From Escherichia phage KKE7M: a DNA stretch of 64,000 nt. Both the position numbers and the translations under genes were made by a program. Below, piece by piece: positions 9,285 to 18,517 of the stretch. The DNA lies in sequence record PQ356295.1, one strand, 5' to 3'. The notes below the pieces were generated by a model. That model saw only the letters and a list, made by a program, of their open reading frames with translations. It had not been told where the DNA came from and searched no databases. The number at the start of each line of letters is the position of its first letter. Position 1 is the first letter of the stretch.

Positions 9285-10089
9285 AGTCATATTCATAACT
9301 GGCGCAGGACTATCTGTGGATAGCGGTATCCCAGCTTTTAGAACAGATACTTCTTCAGGGGAGGCGTTATGGTCTTCTTATGATCTTTCTGAGGTCTGTG
9401 ACATTTTCAACTTCCGTGATGGTTATCAGCAAGAACAAGGTGTTCTTGATGCTATGGGTGGTTTAGATGCGGAAGGATATAACCTCTACCGTAAAACTCA
9501 CGACTTTTACAATAAACGTCGCGTGGAATTAGCGAAAGTTGACCCGAATCCAGCACATCTTCAGATTGGAGAATGGTTCAAAAAATATGGCCCAGAACGA
9601 ATTCTTAACATTACTACTAACGTGGATGACCTCCTTGAACGAGCAGGAGTAAATAGGGAAGAAGTGCTACATGTGCACGGTTTTCTTCCTGAAATTACTT
9701 TTCAAAGAAAAGCTGGACAACCTACAATTGTAAAAGATGTTGGTTATCAAGCCATAGATGTAGATGACTACCATTATGTAAAACCTAATGTAATTTTCTT
9801 TGGAGAAGCTGCTCCACTTTACACAGATATGTATCATATTCTTGATACACTAACGGCTCAAGATATGGTTGTAGTAGTAGGATGTTCAAACCAAGTTATC
9901 AATTTTAATTGGGAATTATTCCCTGCACTTAATATGGGTACAAAAATGATCGTTGTTAACCCAGGAATTAATTACGAAGAAACTCTTCTTTACGAAGATA
10001 GAGGAGTCTTTGTTTATCGAGAAAAGGCCGCAGATGCTTTTAGCAATCCTGCTTTCATAAAAATGATAGAAGATCATTTGACTAAATAA
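9274..10089 (+). CDS. Sir2-family NAD-binding protein
   Basis: FITGAGLSVDSGIPAFR Rossmann motif (GAGxSxxSGIPxFR) and downstream HVHG catalytic His; AAGGAGGAG RBS. Confidence 0.8.
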   Translation: MPRRVIFITGAGLSVDSGIPAFRTDTSSGEALWSSYDLSEVCDIFNFRDGYQQEQGVLDAMGGLDAEGYNLYRKTHDFYNKRRVELAKVDPNPAHLQIGEWFKKYGPERILNITTNVDDLLERAGVNREEVLHVHGFLPEITFQRKAGQPTIVKDVGYQAIDVDDYHYVKPNVIFFGEAAPLYTDMYHILDTLTAQDMVVVVGCSNQVINFNWELFPALNMGTKMIVVNPGINYEETLLYEDRGVFVYREKAADAFSNPAFIKMIEDHLTK

Positions 10090-10097
10090 CTTAACCA

Positions 10098-10121
10098 AGG
10101 GGGCGAAAGCCCCTTTTCTTA
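10098..10121 (+). terminator. rho-independent terminator
   Basis: GGGGGC-GAAA-GCCCC hairpin followed by TTTTCTT. Confidence 0.65.
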
Positions 10122-10133
10122 TAGGAGAATATT

Positions 10134-10391
10134 ATGACCACAGAACAAATCGTTAAAGACCATTTTATGATGCACTACGTTTATTACTTCAATAATAATC
10201 AGCAGAAAGGTGAGGGATTTTGTTATCTATCCGCACAACAAGGTTTTGGTATCCGTCAAGCAGATATTAACGGGGCAGTAGCTGGGATTACAAAAGGCTT
10301 GGTTGCAAACCTTAAAGATAATGTTGTTGTTGTCCCAACGTGCATTTCTTATCTCTCAACCTGTCCTGAAGAAGATTTTATGCATTCCTAA
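10134..10391 (+). CDS. hypothetical protein (85 aa)
   Basis: AGGAGAA RBS; last gene of forward block. Confidence 0.5.
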   Translation: MTTEQIVKDHFMMHYVYYFNNNQQKGEGFCYLSAQQGFGIRQADINGAVAGITKGLVANLKDNVVVVPTCISYLSTCPEEDFMHS

Positions 10392-10461
10392 AACCTCCTG
10401 TAACGCATTCTAACGCACTTTTTATTTTAGTAATACGTTTCCCTACCTTATGCAAACAAAA

Positions 10462-10493
10462 GCCCCTAGAAGCGATTCTAGGGGCTTTATTTT
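10462..10493. terminator. bidirectional rho-independent terminator at convergent junction
   Basis: GCCCCTAGA-AGCGAT-TCTAGGGGC hairpin flanked by A-run and T-run, between converging blocks. Confidence 0.7.
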
Positions 10494-10566
10494 AGTCTTC
10501 TGTAAAATATCCTATGACAACAATGATAAAGATGATTAACACTACAATACTCTCTAATAAAGTCAT

Positions 10567-10788
10567 CTATAGATCTCGTTCATATAGTTCAATTATCAAT
10601 TCATCCTCTGCTGTTATCGTACCAATTTGCCAAGTGTGAAGATAAACCTCTGTATAAGAGTGTATCTTACTATCTAACAAGCACAGCCACGTATTGTTGC
10701 TTACCTTTTCTTGAATATGAACCTTAACCACGAAAGGGTGAGGGTTATCTACTAAGAAACCAATACTACCTTCTACAACTACAGACAT
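10567..10788 (-). CDS. hypothetical protein (73 aa)
   Basis: GGAGG RBS upstream on minus strand. Confidence 0.55.
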   Translation of the reverse strand: MSVVVEGSIGFLVDNPHPFVVKVHIQEKVSNNTWLCLLDSKIHSYTEVYLHTWQIGTITAEDELIIELYERDL

Positions 10789-10848
10789 AATACCTCCTAT
10801 TGTTTATGCTAAAAGTGTTTATAACATATAAAGAGCATATATACAAGA

Positions 10849-10872
10849 AAACCCGCCGAAGCGGGTTTATGC
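10849..10872 (-). terminator. rho-independent terminator (minus strand)
   Basis: ACCCGC-TTCG-GCGGGT hairpin with T-run on minus strand after upstream gene stop. Confidence 0.6.
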
Positions 10873-10873
10873 G

Positions 10874-11197
10874 TCATACAATGTGTTTTGTTTTAACGTG
10901 CGAAGATTTAAAAATCTTGTTATGTAATGAAATACGATTATCACGGAACACATAATAGTTAGCAACATCTGGTTTATCAACACAGAGTGTAGCCACAACT
11001 TTCATAGGTATAGATACATTCTCACGAAGAGTAACACTACCTTTCAAACGTTCAGATGAAATGTGAATCAAACCTTCTTTTTCATCAATGATGACTTCTT
11101 TAACATTTTTGAAATTATAACAAGAGTTATCAATATAAGACACCCTTGCTTTTGTTTGCTTCTGTTTAGGACGAGAACCAGTGTTTATTTTTTGCAT
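10874..11197 (-). CDS. hypothetical protein (107 aa)
   Basis: AAGGAAAA RBS upstream. Confidence 0.55.
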   Translation of the reverse strand: MQKINTGSRPKQKQTKARVSYIDNSCYNFKNVKEVIIDEKEGLIHISSERLKGSVTLRENVSIPMKVVATLCVDKPDVANYYVFRDNRISLHNKIFKSSHVKTKHIV

Positions 11198-11205
11198 AGT
11201 TTTCC

Positions 11206-11493
11206 TTATTTGCTTTCACGAGCAAAATAATAATTTTCATATTCATTACGTGTAACGATTTCTGGATGATCAGGTTCACCGTAACTAAGTTTAACTTCAG
11301 GATACACTTTGGTGTTGAATAGACACGTAACACCTCTCATATAATATCCTGTAGGACTTAAAACAACATCATCTTCACTTACACTTGAGAATTTTATTTC
11401 ACCATTAGTATCTTTGACGACAATAAGAGCATGTTCAGGCCAATCAAGATTCTCTTCTTTTAGTTTTTCATAAACTTCTTGTACTAGTTCCAT
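11206..11493 (-). CDS. hypothetical protein (95 aa)
   Basis: GAGGAGG RBS upstream. Confidence 0.6.
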   Translation of the reverse strand: MELVQEVYEKLKEENLDWPEHALIVVKDTNGEIKFSSVSEDDVVLSPTGYYMRGVTCLFNTKVYPEVKLSYGEPDHPEIVTRNEYENYYFARESK

Positions 11494-11503
11494 ATTGCCT
11501 CCT

Positions 11504-11675
11504 CAGATTACAAATTTTTCTTCTTCTGGTTTCTCGTAGTTGGGAGAATAAACGTGGGATGGATTAAAACCTTTAAAGCTACCTCGCCCTTTTCGTGGAC
11601 AATTGAACGTCTTAGCTTGGTGATCACCAAAAGATTTACCACAATGTACACATTTATAATTGGTATCTTTGAACA
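11504..11675 (-). CDS. small Cys-containing (zinc-ribbon-like) protein, about 57 aa
   Basis: Alternative frame to listed ORF 11508..11705; AAAGGAGAG RBS, CVHC...C...C pattern; coordinates approximate. Confidence 0.4.
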
Positions 11676-11724
11676 TTTTACTCTCCTTTGAAAGATAGGC
11701 TGCACAATAGTACAGCCTTTTAGA

Positions 11725-11832
11725 AAATTAGTGTTTAAATTTTTCGATTACTTCGTCAACTTTAGCGATGATAACATCCTGATACTTGTGACCAAAATAA
11801 CCAACAACAACACCAACAATAAACGTCATCAT
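11725..11832 (-). CDS. tiny hydrophobic protein, about 35 aa
   Basis: AAAAGGAGAAG RBS then ATGATG; not in ORF track; coordinates approximate. Confidence 0.3.
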
Positions 11833-12432
11833 TTACTTCTCCTTTTTAACTATAATGGCTTCTTCATTCAGAGTAAACAGCAAGGAAGATGTATCACCAA
11901 CACACCTTGCACCTGGAATGAGTTCTAAAATTTTAGAGGATATAGCAATAGTAGTGTCATCCAGTACGTATTCCCCAGGTAACAATCTTAATGTTATTGG
12001 AAAATCTACAGATGCCAGACCAGAGAACATCCCATCATTCAGAAGAATAACTTCTAAACCGCTATCTTCTTGTTGTGCATTATGCACTTTTTCAGGTAAG
12101 AAGTCAATACATTGATTTAAAATTTCTACATCTAATTCTACACCAGTCCTAGCCTTATAAACTCTAGCCAAATCTATGATCCGAGAATCAATGCTGGCGT
12201 AAGGAGATTCCAAGTGTTTTGGGTCAATAGGAGCAACGCGTAATTTACTATCGAGAGATATCCACGTTACAATCCACATTTCACCAACCCCAGGTTGATC
12301 TCGCGCAGTAAGGAATTCTACTAATGCTCCAGGATTAGGCATTATGTAATCTTGTGTGATCAACATGTTCTTTACTCGCAAAAGCATTCCTGGCTTTAGC
12401 AAGCCCTTCTCACCACTCCAATATTCTTTCAT
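11833..12432 (-). CDS. hypothetical protein (about 199 aa)
   Basis: Internal ATG preceded by AGGAGTAAAA RBS chosen over upstream alternative start. Confidence 0.6.
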   Translation of the reverse strand: MKEYWSGEKGLLKPGMLLRVKNMLITQDYIMPNPGALVEFLTARDQPGVGEMWIVTWISLDSKLRVAPIDPKHLESPYASIDSRIIDLARVYKARTGVELDVEILNQCIDFLPEKVHNAQQEDSGLEVILLNDGMFSGLASVDFPITLRLLPGEYVLDDTTIAISSKILELIPGARCVGDTSSLLFTLNEEAIIVKKEK

Positions 12433-12445
12433 TTTTACTCCTGAT

Positions 12446-12718
12446 TTAATGTCGTAGTTCACTAAACTTACAAACAAAGTGAACGTTAAGAAAAGTTAGT
12501 TTTCGATCTGGTGTAAACTCTGTTACTGTTTTATACACCTGTGCAATACCGAACCTGTTGACAGCAGGTACTGACAATTGGCTTATACACTTTATAGCTG
12601 ATAGTTTTGCCTCTTCTTCAGATGCAAAATAAGTAAACATACCTTCTTCGTCAACTATAATTTCTTGTGTAACGCAATCTACAAAACAAAAGAAAACGTT
12701 AGGTAATTTTTCCGACAT
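12446..12718 (-). CDS. hypothetical protein (about 90 aa)
   Basis: Start trimmed to internal ATG adjacent to upstream gene stop. Confidence 0.5.
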   Translation of the reverse strand: MSEKLPNVFFCFVDCVTQEIIVDEEGMFTYFASEEEAKLSAIKCISQLSVPAVNRFGIAQVYKTVTEFTPDRKLTFLNVHFVCKFSELRH

Positions 12719-12719
12719 A

Positions 12720-12932
12720 TTAGTTGTTCCTGTACTTAGAGAACAAAGTATTGACCAACCAATCAGCAAACAGTAGTCCAAGTGTACCAATACCGTAACC
12801 AATAAGCATAATGTAAGGCACGGCTTTATTTTCATTACCTGTCATTACTTCAGGAAAAATCAAAAATACGATACCGTTACCAACGATAATCCAGAACATA
12901 AGAAACACAAAAATACGAAGCAACATTGTCAT
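12720..12932 (-). CDS. small membrane protein (70 aa, 2 predicted TM)
   Basis: GGAGGAAG RBS; hydrophobic segments. Confidence 0.55.
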   Translation of the reverse strand: MTMLLRIFVFLMFWIIVGNGIVFLIFPEVMTGNENKAVPYIMLIGYGIGTLGLLFADWLVNTLFSKYRNN

Positions 12933-12933
12933 A

Positions 12934-13116
12934 TTATTCTTCCTCCTTCACTTCTTCAACTTTACGAAGCATACGTTTATCAAATGTAGCTTTCTGTAGT
13001 TGCTCATTAACATCAAACCACACTACTTCGCAAGTATCATAAGTAGATACCATTACAGTCATTAACATTTCTTCACTGGCAAGACGTACAATATCACCTG
13101 TTTTAATATTTACCAT
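12934..13116 (-). CDS. hypothetical protein (60 aa)
   Basis: GGAGGAG RBS upstream. Confidence 0.5.
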   Translation of the reverse strand: MVNIKTGDIVRLASEEMLMTVMVSTYDTCEVVWFDVNEQLQKATFDKRMLRKVEEVKEEE

Positions 13117-13520
13117 AACTCCTCCAGAAGTTTACCAAGTTTAGTTTTAAATTCATTATCCCACGCTGTGCTAACTATGTCAAGATTACCTTGTGAATTA
13201 CGTTTTGTCTCTAAATAGTAACCACCACGCTCATAGCGATGTTTTATATGCTCGATCAGACGTTCTTTATCACTCTTAGATAAATAATCATCAAACTCCC
13301 CATTGAAAAGATCTAAGATTGTTTGTCTATTATCTCCTAATTGAGTGATTCTAAAACTAATCAAACATCCCTGTAAACCTATATCTGTTTGTTTAAGGGA
13401 AAACCCATGACCAAAGCCGCCTGTAACTATAACAAGCGGTTTTCCTGTGATAGAGCTTTTAATAACATCTTGCTTAGGTTCTGCCAAAGATGTTAGAAAC
13501 CCTTTTAACCATTTGAACAT
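13110..13520 (-). CDS. hypothetical protein (136 aa)
   Basis: AGGAGAG RBS upstream. Confidence 0.6.
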   Translation of the reverse strand: MFKWLKGFLTSLAEPKQDVIKSSITGKPLVIVTGGFGHGFSLKQTDIGLQGCLISFRITQLGDNRQTILDLFNGEFDDYLSKSDKERLIEHIKHRYERGGYYLETKRNSQGNLDIVSTAWDNEFKTKLGKLLEELW

Positions 13521-13625
13521 AAACTCTCCTATGTGGCGTGGCTTTGCCTAAGCGCCGAAGGCGCGGATCAAATATAAGCTGAATTTATTACGCCCAGGTA
13601 GCCAGGGCGCATAAATATCAGAAAT

Positions 13626-13874
13626 TTACCATCGAATAACTATTCGAGTAAAGTTTTCATCGTAGTGGGATGTTTCTGTATCAATAAAAGTTGAAAAACC
13701 TTCAGCATCCAAGCTAACTTTTACAAAAGTTGGATAAAGCGTGTAGATAGCAACTTCTCTGTCCCCGTCTTTAGCTGCTCTCTCAATATACGCGTAGATA
13801 TTTTGTAAACTCTCCTTTGCTTTGTTAAGTTCTGCGTTTTCTGCCAGTTCTCTCATTTTATCTGCTACAGTCAT
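13626..13874 (-). CDS. hypothetical protein (82 aa)
   Basis: ATGA overlap with upstream gene; AAAGGATA upstream. Confidence 0.55.
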   Translation of the reverse strand: MTVADKMRELAENAELNKAKESLQNIYAYIERAAKDGDREVAIYTLYPTFVKVSLDAEGFSTFIDTETSHYDENFTRIVIRW

Positions 13875-14134
13875 TTGTCAGTATCCTTTTCAATAAAGCC
13901 TGTGGTTTTACAAGGTACACATTCATACATTTGTCCAACATCTGCAACCACCCAACCCATTCCACTGCAATAAGGACATATTGTTTTGTTCTCTTTAGCA
14001 TACACAGCCAGAAGTCTTTCTTCTAGCTTATTGTAATCAGCAAGAAGAACATAATCCCCTTCTGGATCTGGTACAATATCACATTGACCAGCAGCACCTT
14101 GGCTGTACACCTCTAAACCATATCGTGTAACCAT
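13871..14134 (-). CDS. hypothetical Cys-containing protein (about 87 aa)
   Basis: Start trimmed to ATG with GGAGTGGGAATA upstream; CPYC...CVPC pairs suggest a zinc ribbon. Confidence 0.55.
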   Translation of the reverse strand: MVTRYGLEVYSQGAAGQCDIVPDPEGDYVLLADYNKLEERLLAVYAKENKTICPYCSGMGWVVADVGQMYECVPCKTTGFIEKDTDK

Positions 14135-14352
14135 TATTCCCACTCCGCAATCAGTTTTGGATTTTCTGCACGAGAATAGAATGTTGTAATGTCACCGTAA
14201 GTGTACTCTTGTTCTGACAGCTTTACAAGAGAGATCATTTCACGATCTGGAGTACCAGAGATCCAATCAAATACAGCAACACCTCGTGGTGTTACATAGA
14301 AACCAGATGTATTACCCGTAAACTTATCTTTTGCTTTATATAATTTGTACAC
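14134..14352 (-). CDS. hypothetical protein (72 aa), GTG start
   Basis: GAGGAGTAGAAA RBS then GTG. Confidence 0.5.
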   Translation of the reverse strand: MYKLYKAKDKFTGNTSGFYVTPRGVAVFDWISGTPDREMISLVKLSEQEYTYGDITTFYSRAENPKLIAEWE

Positions 14353-14410
14353 TTTCTACTCCTCATAGATAAAATCTATTAAAAACCTGCTATCAATCAG
14401 TATAAACAGT

Positions 14411-14478
14411 TTTACTTTTCGTAAAAAACATGCTACCCTAATCTTATATACCGAGCGATAGCGAGGTAGAGAATATTC
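14411..14478 (+). repeat. copy A of a ~65-bp element (AAAAACATGCTACCCTAA ... GAGCGA-AGCGAG-TAG)
   Basis: Near-identical to copy B at 42238..42306; lies in a 200-bp gene-free gap. Confidence 0.4.
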
Positions 14479-14559
14479 CATGTTATACATGGAAAGAGTA
14501 TATGTAATGTTACTAACTCTATAACTAACTATATACTCTTTATATCTTACTTACTACTC

Positions 14560-14802
14560 TTATTGCAGTTCAAAGATATCCCCATCTCCATCATATCCAT
14601 ACTCTAACTCTCCTGTATCATATAATACAATAAAGTCTGTATCATCTTCAATAAAAGATTTAGCATAATCTACTAACTCTTCATTATCTTCATAACCTTC
14701 CAGGTACTCAATACGACCATTGATACACTTAGCTGCAACAATTCCTGGGCCATTGCTTGGAGTCCACTCACTGTATACTCGCATCCCTAATTCTTTAATC
14801 AT
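14560..14802 (-). CDS. hypothetical protein (about 80 aa)
   Basis: Start trimmed to ATG with GAGGAGACAAACA RBS. Confidence 0.55.
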   Translation of the reverse strand: MIKELGMRVYSEWTPSNGPGIVAAKCINGRIEYLEGYEDNEELVDYAKSFIEDDTDFIVLYDTGELEYGYDGDGDIFELQ

Positions 14803-15019
14803 TGTTTGTCTCCTCATAATCAATGTAATTGTAACACTTATTCTTTAAGAAATCTTCTGCTTGTTTATTGTGTTTTAGAATGGTGCACTTCTCTATATTG
14901 TGTTCTACATTATTATGTAGCTTGTATAAGTTAGATGCACCATACAGAATACCAATTAACAAAAGCAAAAAGATTGCTGTTGATAACAAAAATTGTTGCA
15001 ACTTGTTTACAGACTTCAT
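14795..15019 (-). CDS. small membrane-anchored protein (74 aa), paralog family B
   Basis: AAGGAGGG RBS; N-terminal TM helix; C-terminal motif shared with 19514..19732. Confidence 0.55.
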   Translation of the reverse strand: MKSVNKLQQFLLSTAIFLLLLIGILYGASNLYKLHNNVEHNIEKCTILKHNKQAEDFLKNKCYNYIDYEETNND

Positions 15020-15072
15020 AAACCCTCCTTATCGTTAGTACATACTGATACTAACAAGAAGTTAAGATCGTG

Positions 15073-15246
15073 TCAACATCTTTGTGTTAATTTTATCCAC
15101 TGTTCACATTCCTCTTTTGTGTCATACTCTACAGGCTTCCCTGTATCATTTCCACAACCATCTCCGAACGTAGCCCACCAGGAGAATAGAAAACAAGTTT
15201 CTCTTACTCTCCACTTATTGGCATAGGGTACAACATAATAACTCAT
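15073..15246 (-). CDS. small Cys-rich protein, about 57 aa
   Basis: ATGA overlap with upstream stop; not in ORF track; coordinates approximate. Confidence 0.4.
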   Translation of the reverse strand: MSYYVVPYANKWRVRETCFLFSWWATFGDGCGNDTGKPVEYDTKEECEQWIKLTQRC

Positions 15247-15494
15247 AAGATTGTGATCCTTAGCTCATTTTCTAAGGTATGTCTCACACACTCTTTGAAA
15301 TTGTTATCAATATACACCACACGTACTCCATGAGGTGTGTCTTTACATTCAAACACATTATATACAGTATCAGATAAGACATGTTGTACGTTTACTTGTC
15401 CAATGCCATCTTTAACCACAACCATTACTTTCAGTAAACTTGTATGGTTTTTAACTTCATCTTCTACGTATGCTACAACATCTTTGATATTCAT
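15243..15494 (-). CDS. hypothetical protein (83 aa)
   Basis: CAGGAGAA RBS upstream. Confidence 0.6.
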   Translation of the reverse strand: MNIKDVVAYVEDEVKNHTSLLKVMVVVKDGIGQVNVQHVLSDTVYNVFECKDTPHGVRVVYIDNNFKECVRHTLENELRITIL

Positions 15495-15790
15495 GGTTTC
15501 TCCTGTTTAAGTACGATATAAGATTGACGAGATTTCCATCGCCCTATCTTAACAAGGCAAATAATGCCTCTCTTTAACAAATATTTCATATCTTCGTCAT
15601 AAGCTGTTTGCAATTGCCACTTACTGTTAACAGGAAGCGAACCATGTACCCTTAAATGAGCTAACAAATACTTTCTTCGCTCTTTTCCATAAGGCAGGTA
15701 TTGCCATTCTTTCTTTGATACAGGTTCATGTACTTTGCGATGCCAGTAAGTAAGGTGTCTTCTTTTATGTAAACCCCTATTCCTTACCAT
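15491..15790 (-). CDS. basic His-rich protein (99 aa)
   Basis: GGAGGTAGAGG RBS; highly basic, His/Arg rich. Confidence 0.55.
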   Translation of the reverse strand: MVRNRGLHKRRHLTYWHRKVHEPVSKKEWQYLPYGKERRKYLLAHLRVHGSLPVNSKWQLQTAYDEDMKYLLKRGIICLVKIGRWKSRQSYIVLKQEKP

Positions 15791-16029
15791 TATACCTCTA
15801 CCTCCGTTACCCCAGGATCTCTAGTCCAGGTGTAGTAGAGCATACCATCTTCTTTCAGTGCAATGCGATCACTTTCGTCTCGAAGATATAGGTCACAAAC
15901 CACACGCAGTTGCGGATCTGATCCTAGTAGTTCGGAAACAATAAAGTCATCACCACTCATACGAGCAACAATCACTGCATATTGACCAGTATCTTCATCA
16001 AAAATTGGTTGTCCGATGTTTAATTGCAT
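15790..16029 (-). CDS. hypothetical protein (79 aa)
   Basis: AAGGAGACAA RBS upstream. Confidence 0.6.
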   Translation of the reverse strand: MQLNIGQPIFDEDTGQYAVIVARMSGDDFIVSELLGSDPQLRVVCDLYLRDESDRIALKEDGMLYYTWTRDPGVTEVEV

Positions 16030-16077
16030 TGTGTTGTCTCCTTATTCAGTACGTTGTTTTGTGCTGCGCACCAGCAC

Positions 16078-16215
16078 TCATAAAAACCTTGGGTTAATGG
16101 CATAGTGTAGTTTCCAGAAGGATCTCTTTCGAGATCCCCCATCTGCATAACAACCACTACCTAAGAACCATTTTTCAAAATCGGATAAATCATCCCAATC
16201 TACACTATGTTTCAT
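16078..16215 (-). CDS. small protein, about 45 aa
   Basis: Internal ATG 1 nt after upstream stop; weak RBS. Confidence 0.3.
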   Translation of the reverse strand: MKHSVDWDDLSDFEKWFLGSGCYADGGSRKRSFWKLHYAINPRFL

Positions 16216-16216
16216 A

Positions 16217-16675
16217 TTATACAGTCTTATACCCGACAATAGCAACCTGATTCGTAGGCTTCCAACGACCAATAATCTCACCAGAAATCTCTGTGCTACT
16301 GTTTATGTATTGGTAATGGGTATCATCATGATTAACCCACGCCATAATGTCAAGGGTAGGGGTTTTCACGTGTACCAGTAGTGTAGCCCATTCTGGGGCT
16401 TCTTTAATATCCACAGAATCTTGCCAATCTTCTTCGATGTGCCAAGTAGGTTCACCATCAACATCTGTAACGAAGAAACGAGCTTTCATACGTTTAAAGA
16501 ACATTGGTGTATACCCATGATCGCACTCTGGGATAAAATCATCCATCGTCTCGTCATAGGTGAAATATTGTCCATCTTTGTAATGAAAAGATGCACAAAA
16601 CAGTTCATTACGAGCAGGAACATGCCATACAGCTACAAAACTACGACCATGTGGATAATGTTTAACCTCTTGCAT
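16217..16675 (-). CDS. hypothetical protein (about 152 aa)
   Basis: Start trimmed to ATG with AAGGAGAAAA RBS. Confidence 0.6.
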   Translation of the reverse strand: MQEVKHYPHGRSFVAVWHVPARNELFCASFHYKDGQYFTYDETMDDFIPECDHGYTPMFFKRMKARFFVTDVDGEPTWHIEEDWQDSVDIKEAPEWATLLVHVKTPTLDIMAWVNHDDTHYQYINSSTEISGEIIGRWKPTNQVAIVGYKTV

Positions 16676-16691
16676 AGTTTTCTCCTTATTT

Positions 16692-17036
16692 TTATTCAAA
16701 AGAATCAATTCGATTTTGTTCTATGTCAATTGCAGCATCTAGGATAAGTTTTAATGCTTCAAATTGCAAGTGTTCTTCTAAAGAGAAGACATATAAAACA
16801 ACGGATTCCAAGTAAGACAGCACCCCAAGACTAAGAGTTGCAATTTCTACTCCTGCATCGGAGAAGCCTGTTTGCAAAACTTCTTTGAAGAAACGTTGTT
16901 TATCAACAATAGCAGATAAAATAAGCGTTTTACGCTCCTCTGCTGATCGTACTGTGCAGTATATGTTGCTAAAAGAGTCCAGCCACATTTTGATCATACC
17001 TTGTCGGTACATAAGGATTTCAATATCAGCCAACAT
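16692..17036 (-). CDS. hypothetical protein (about 114 aa)
   Basis: Start trimmed to ATG with GAGGAGAAATAAT RBS. Confidence 0.55.
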   Translation of the reverse strand: MLADIEILMYRQGMIKMWLDSFSNIYCTVRSAEERKTLILSAIVDKQRFFKEVLQTGFSDAGVEIATLSLGVLSYLESVVLYVFSLEEHLQFEALKLILDAAIDIEQNRIDSFE

Positions 17037-17037
17037 A

Positions 17038-17205
17038 TTATTTCTCCTCTGGAGAGAGATTCGAATTGATTTGATAGTAAAAATCAAAATCCTTGTGTTG
17101 ATTGCACCATTCTTGAGCTTCTTTAAACGACGCAAATTGCATAGTGAATGTTGCCATCCACGTGTTCATATTTTTATTGAACTTGTCGATAAAAAATGTT
17201 TGCAT
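17038..17205 (-). CDS. small protein, about 55 aa
   Basis: GGGAGGAATA RBS before internal ATG. Confidence 0.45.
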   Translation of the reverse strand: MQTFFIDKFNKNMNTWMATFTMQFASFKEAQEWCNQHKDFDFYYQINSNLSPEEK

Positions 17206-17423
17206 TATTCCTCCCATTTTATCCAAAGGCAGTATTCTGGAACATAAACCTCTTTCCCTTTGTTATTCACAAAGGTGTACTCCACAAATTCTGCTTTATA
17301 TGTTTTGTTATATTCCTGTGCTGCTGGCACAGGACATTTTGTAATGCGCGTTTCAGTCCAACGGCGGTGTATAACCGCCTTGTTCTTTGGATCAAACGGA
17401 TGTATAAAGTGTGTTTTACTCAT
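17205..17423 (-). CDS. hypothetical protein (about 72 aa)
   Basis: Internal ATG overlapping upstream gene end by 8 nt. Confidence 0.45.
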   Translation of the reverse strand: MSKTHFIHPFDPKNKAVIHRRWTETRITKCPVPAAQEYNKTYKAEFVEYTFVNNKGKEVYVPEYCLWIKWEE

Positions 17424-17820
17424 GTGCCATTTCCACAAGATTTTTAATCATAGTTTCTCGACAGAGATTCCACATATCTGAAGCAACCATAGAGGCATAT
17501 TCATCGGGGTTGGATTCTGGTAAAATCTCTTTGACTGCTTCTGGTGTCGGATTGCACATAGCAGGTAGTGCTTTAAGTGCATCTTCAATAGAGAGCTTCT
17601 TACCTTCACTGTAAATAATCTCGTAATCATAGTCATTTACATCTTCCGAAATATCCCGATCCAGGTAACGTACAGTGGAGTTATGCATTTTGTTCATAGA
17701 TTCACTAACACCAGCACCACAAAGCTGTGCAACTTCTTTAGAGATACAGTCACAAATAACAACTTCGTAAGGCTTTCCACCATAATACTGCGCATTATAT
17801 TTGATTTTAACAGACCACAT
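17416..17820 (-). CDS. hypothetical protein (134 aa)
   Basis: AAGGAGAG RBS upstream. Confidence 0.6.
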   Translation of the reverse strand: MWSVKIKYNAQYYGGKPYEVVICDCISKEVAQLCGAGVSESMNKMHNSTVRYLDRDISEDVNDYDYEIIYSEGKKLSIEDALKALPAMCNPTPEAVKEILPESNPDEYASMVASDMWNLCRETMIKNLVEMAHE

Positions 17821-17830
17821 ATTACTCTCC

Positions 17831-18517
17831 TTATTTAACGTGTTTTAGCAATTCAATGTTAGCAGAATAGTTTTCACCACAATTAGTAACGCTCAACAGT
17901 GACCATTTACAAGAGAATACACCTTTTAGATGATCTGGAATACACATCAACGGAACATAAACTGTTTCTGAATCTTCTGTTTGCTCTGTTTTGTTAACAT
18001 TGCAACAAAATGGCAATACATCATCATGAATCATTTTACATTCACTCAAATTGTCTAACATATGTGAAACTTGTTCTGAAGTTTCAAACATTTCTGCTTC
18101 ACAAGCCAGTGCACCAACCACTTGATAAGCCTCTCCACACAAATCTTCTAGTTCTAAAATACGTTCAGACATAGTTTCGATGATTGCTGATCGTGCTTTC
18201 ACTTTAGTTTCTGCTTCTTTAATTTTATTCTCAAGTTCGGCAATGTACTTCAGTAGTGCACTAACAACATCTTGAGTATTTTCTTGATCATCTTGGGAAA
18301 TTTTTACCAAAGAAGAAGCTGCTTTGCAGCGCACTTTAGGCTCTACGTAGCCAAAAGTCATATTTTCCGAAGAAGATTGTTGTGAAAACCAGTGTTTGTT
18401 CGAAGAAAACACAGGTTCATCTTCAAACCAGAACACATCCCCAGTAATATCACGAGCCATGAAGTTTGCATTATCTGGAACTTCGTAACGATGCCCTTCA
18501 AACATAATCTCTTTCAT
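17831..18517 (-). CDS. hypothetical protein with coiled-coil segment (228 aa)
   Basis: GGAGGATG RBS upstream. Confidence 0.65.
   Translation of the reverse strand: MKEIMFEGHRYEVPDNANFMARDITGDVFWFEDEPVFSSNKHWFSQQSSSENMTFGYVEPKVRCKAASSLVKISQDDQENTQDVVSALLKYIAELENKIKEAETKVKARSAIIETMSERILELEDLCGEAYQVVGALACEAEMFETSEQVSHMLDNLSECKMIHDDVLPFCCNVNKTEQTEDSETVYVPLMCIPDHLKGVFSCKWSLLSVTNCGENYSANIELLKHVK

Noticed and set aside
11508-11705. Listed 65-aa minus-strand ORF
   Set aside because: Replaced by an alternative frame (11504..11675) that has a strong AAAGGAGAG ribosome site and a Cys-pair pattern; the listed frame has neither.
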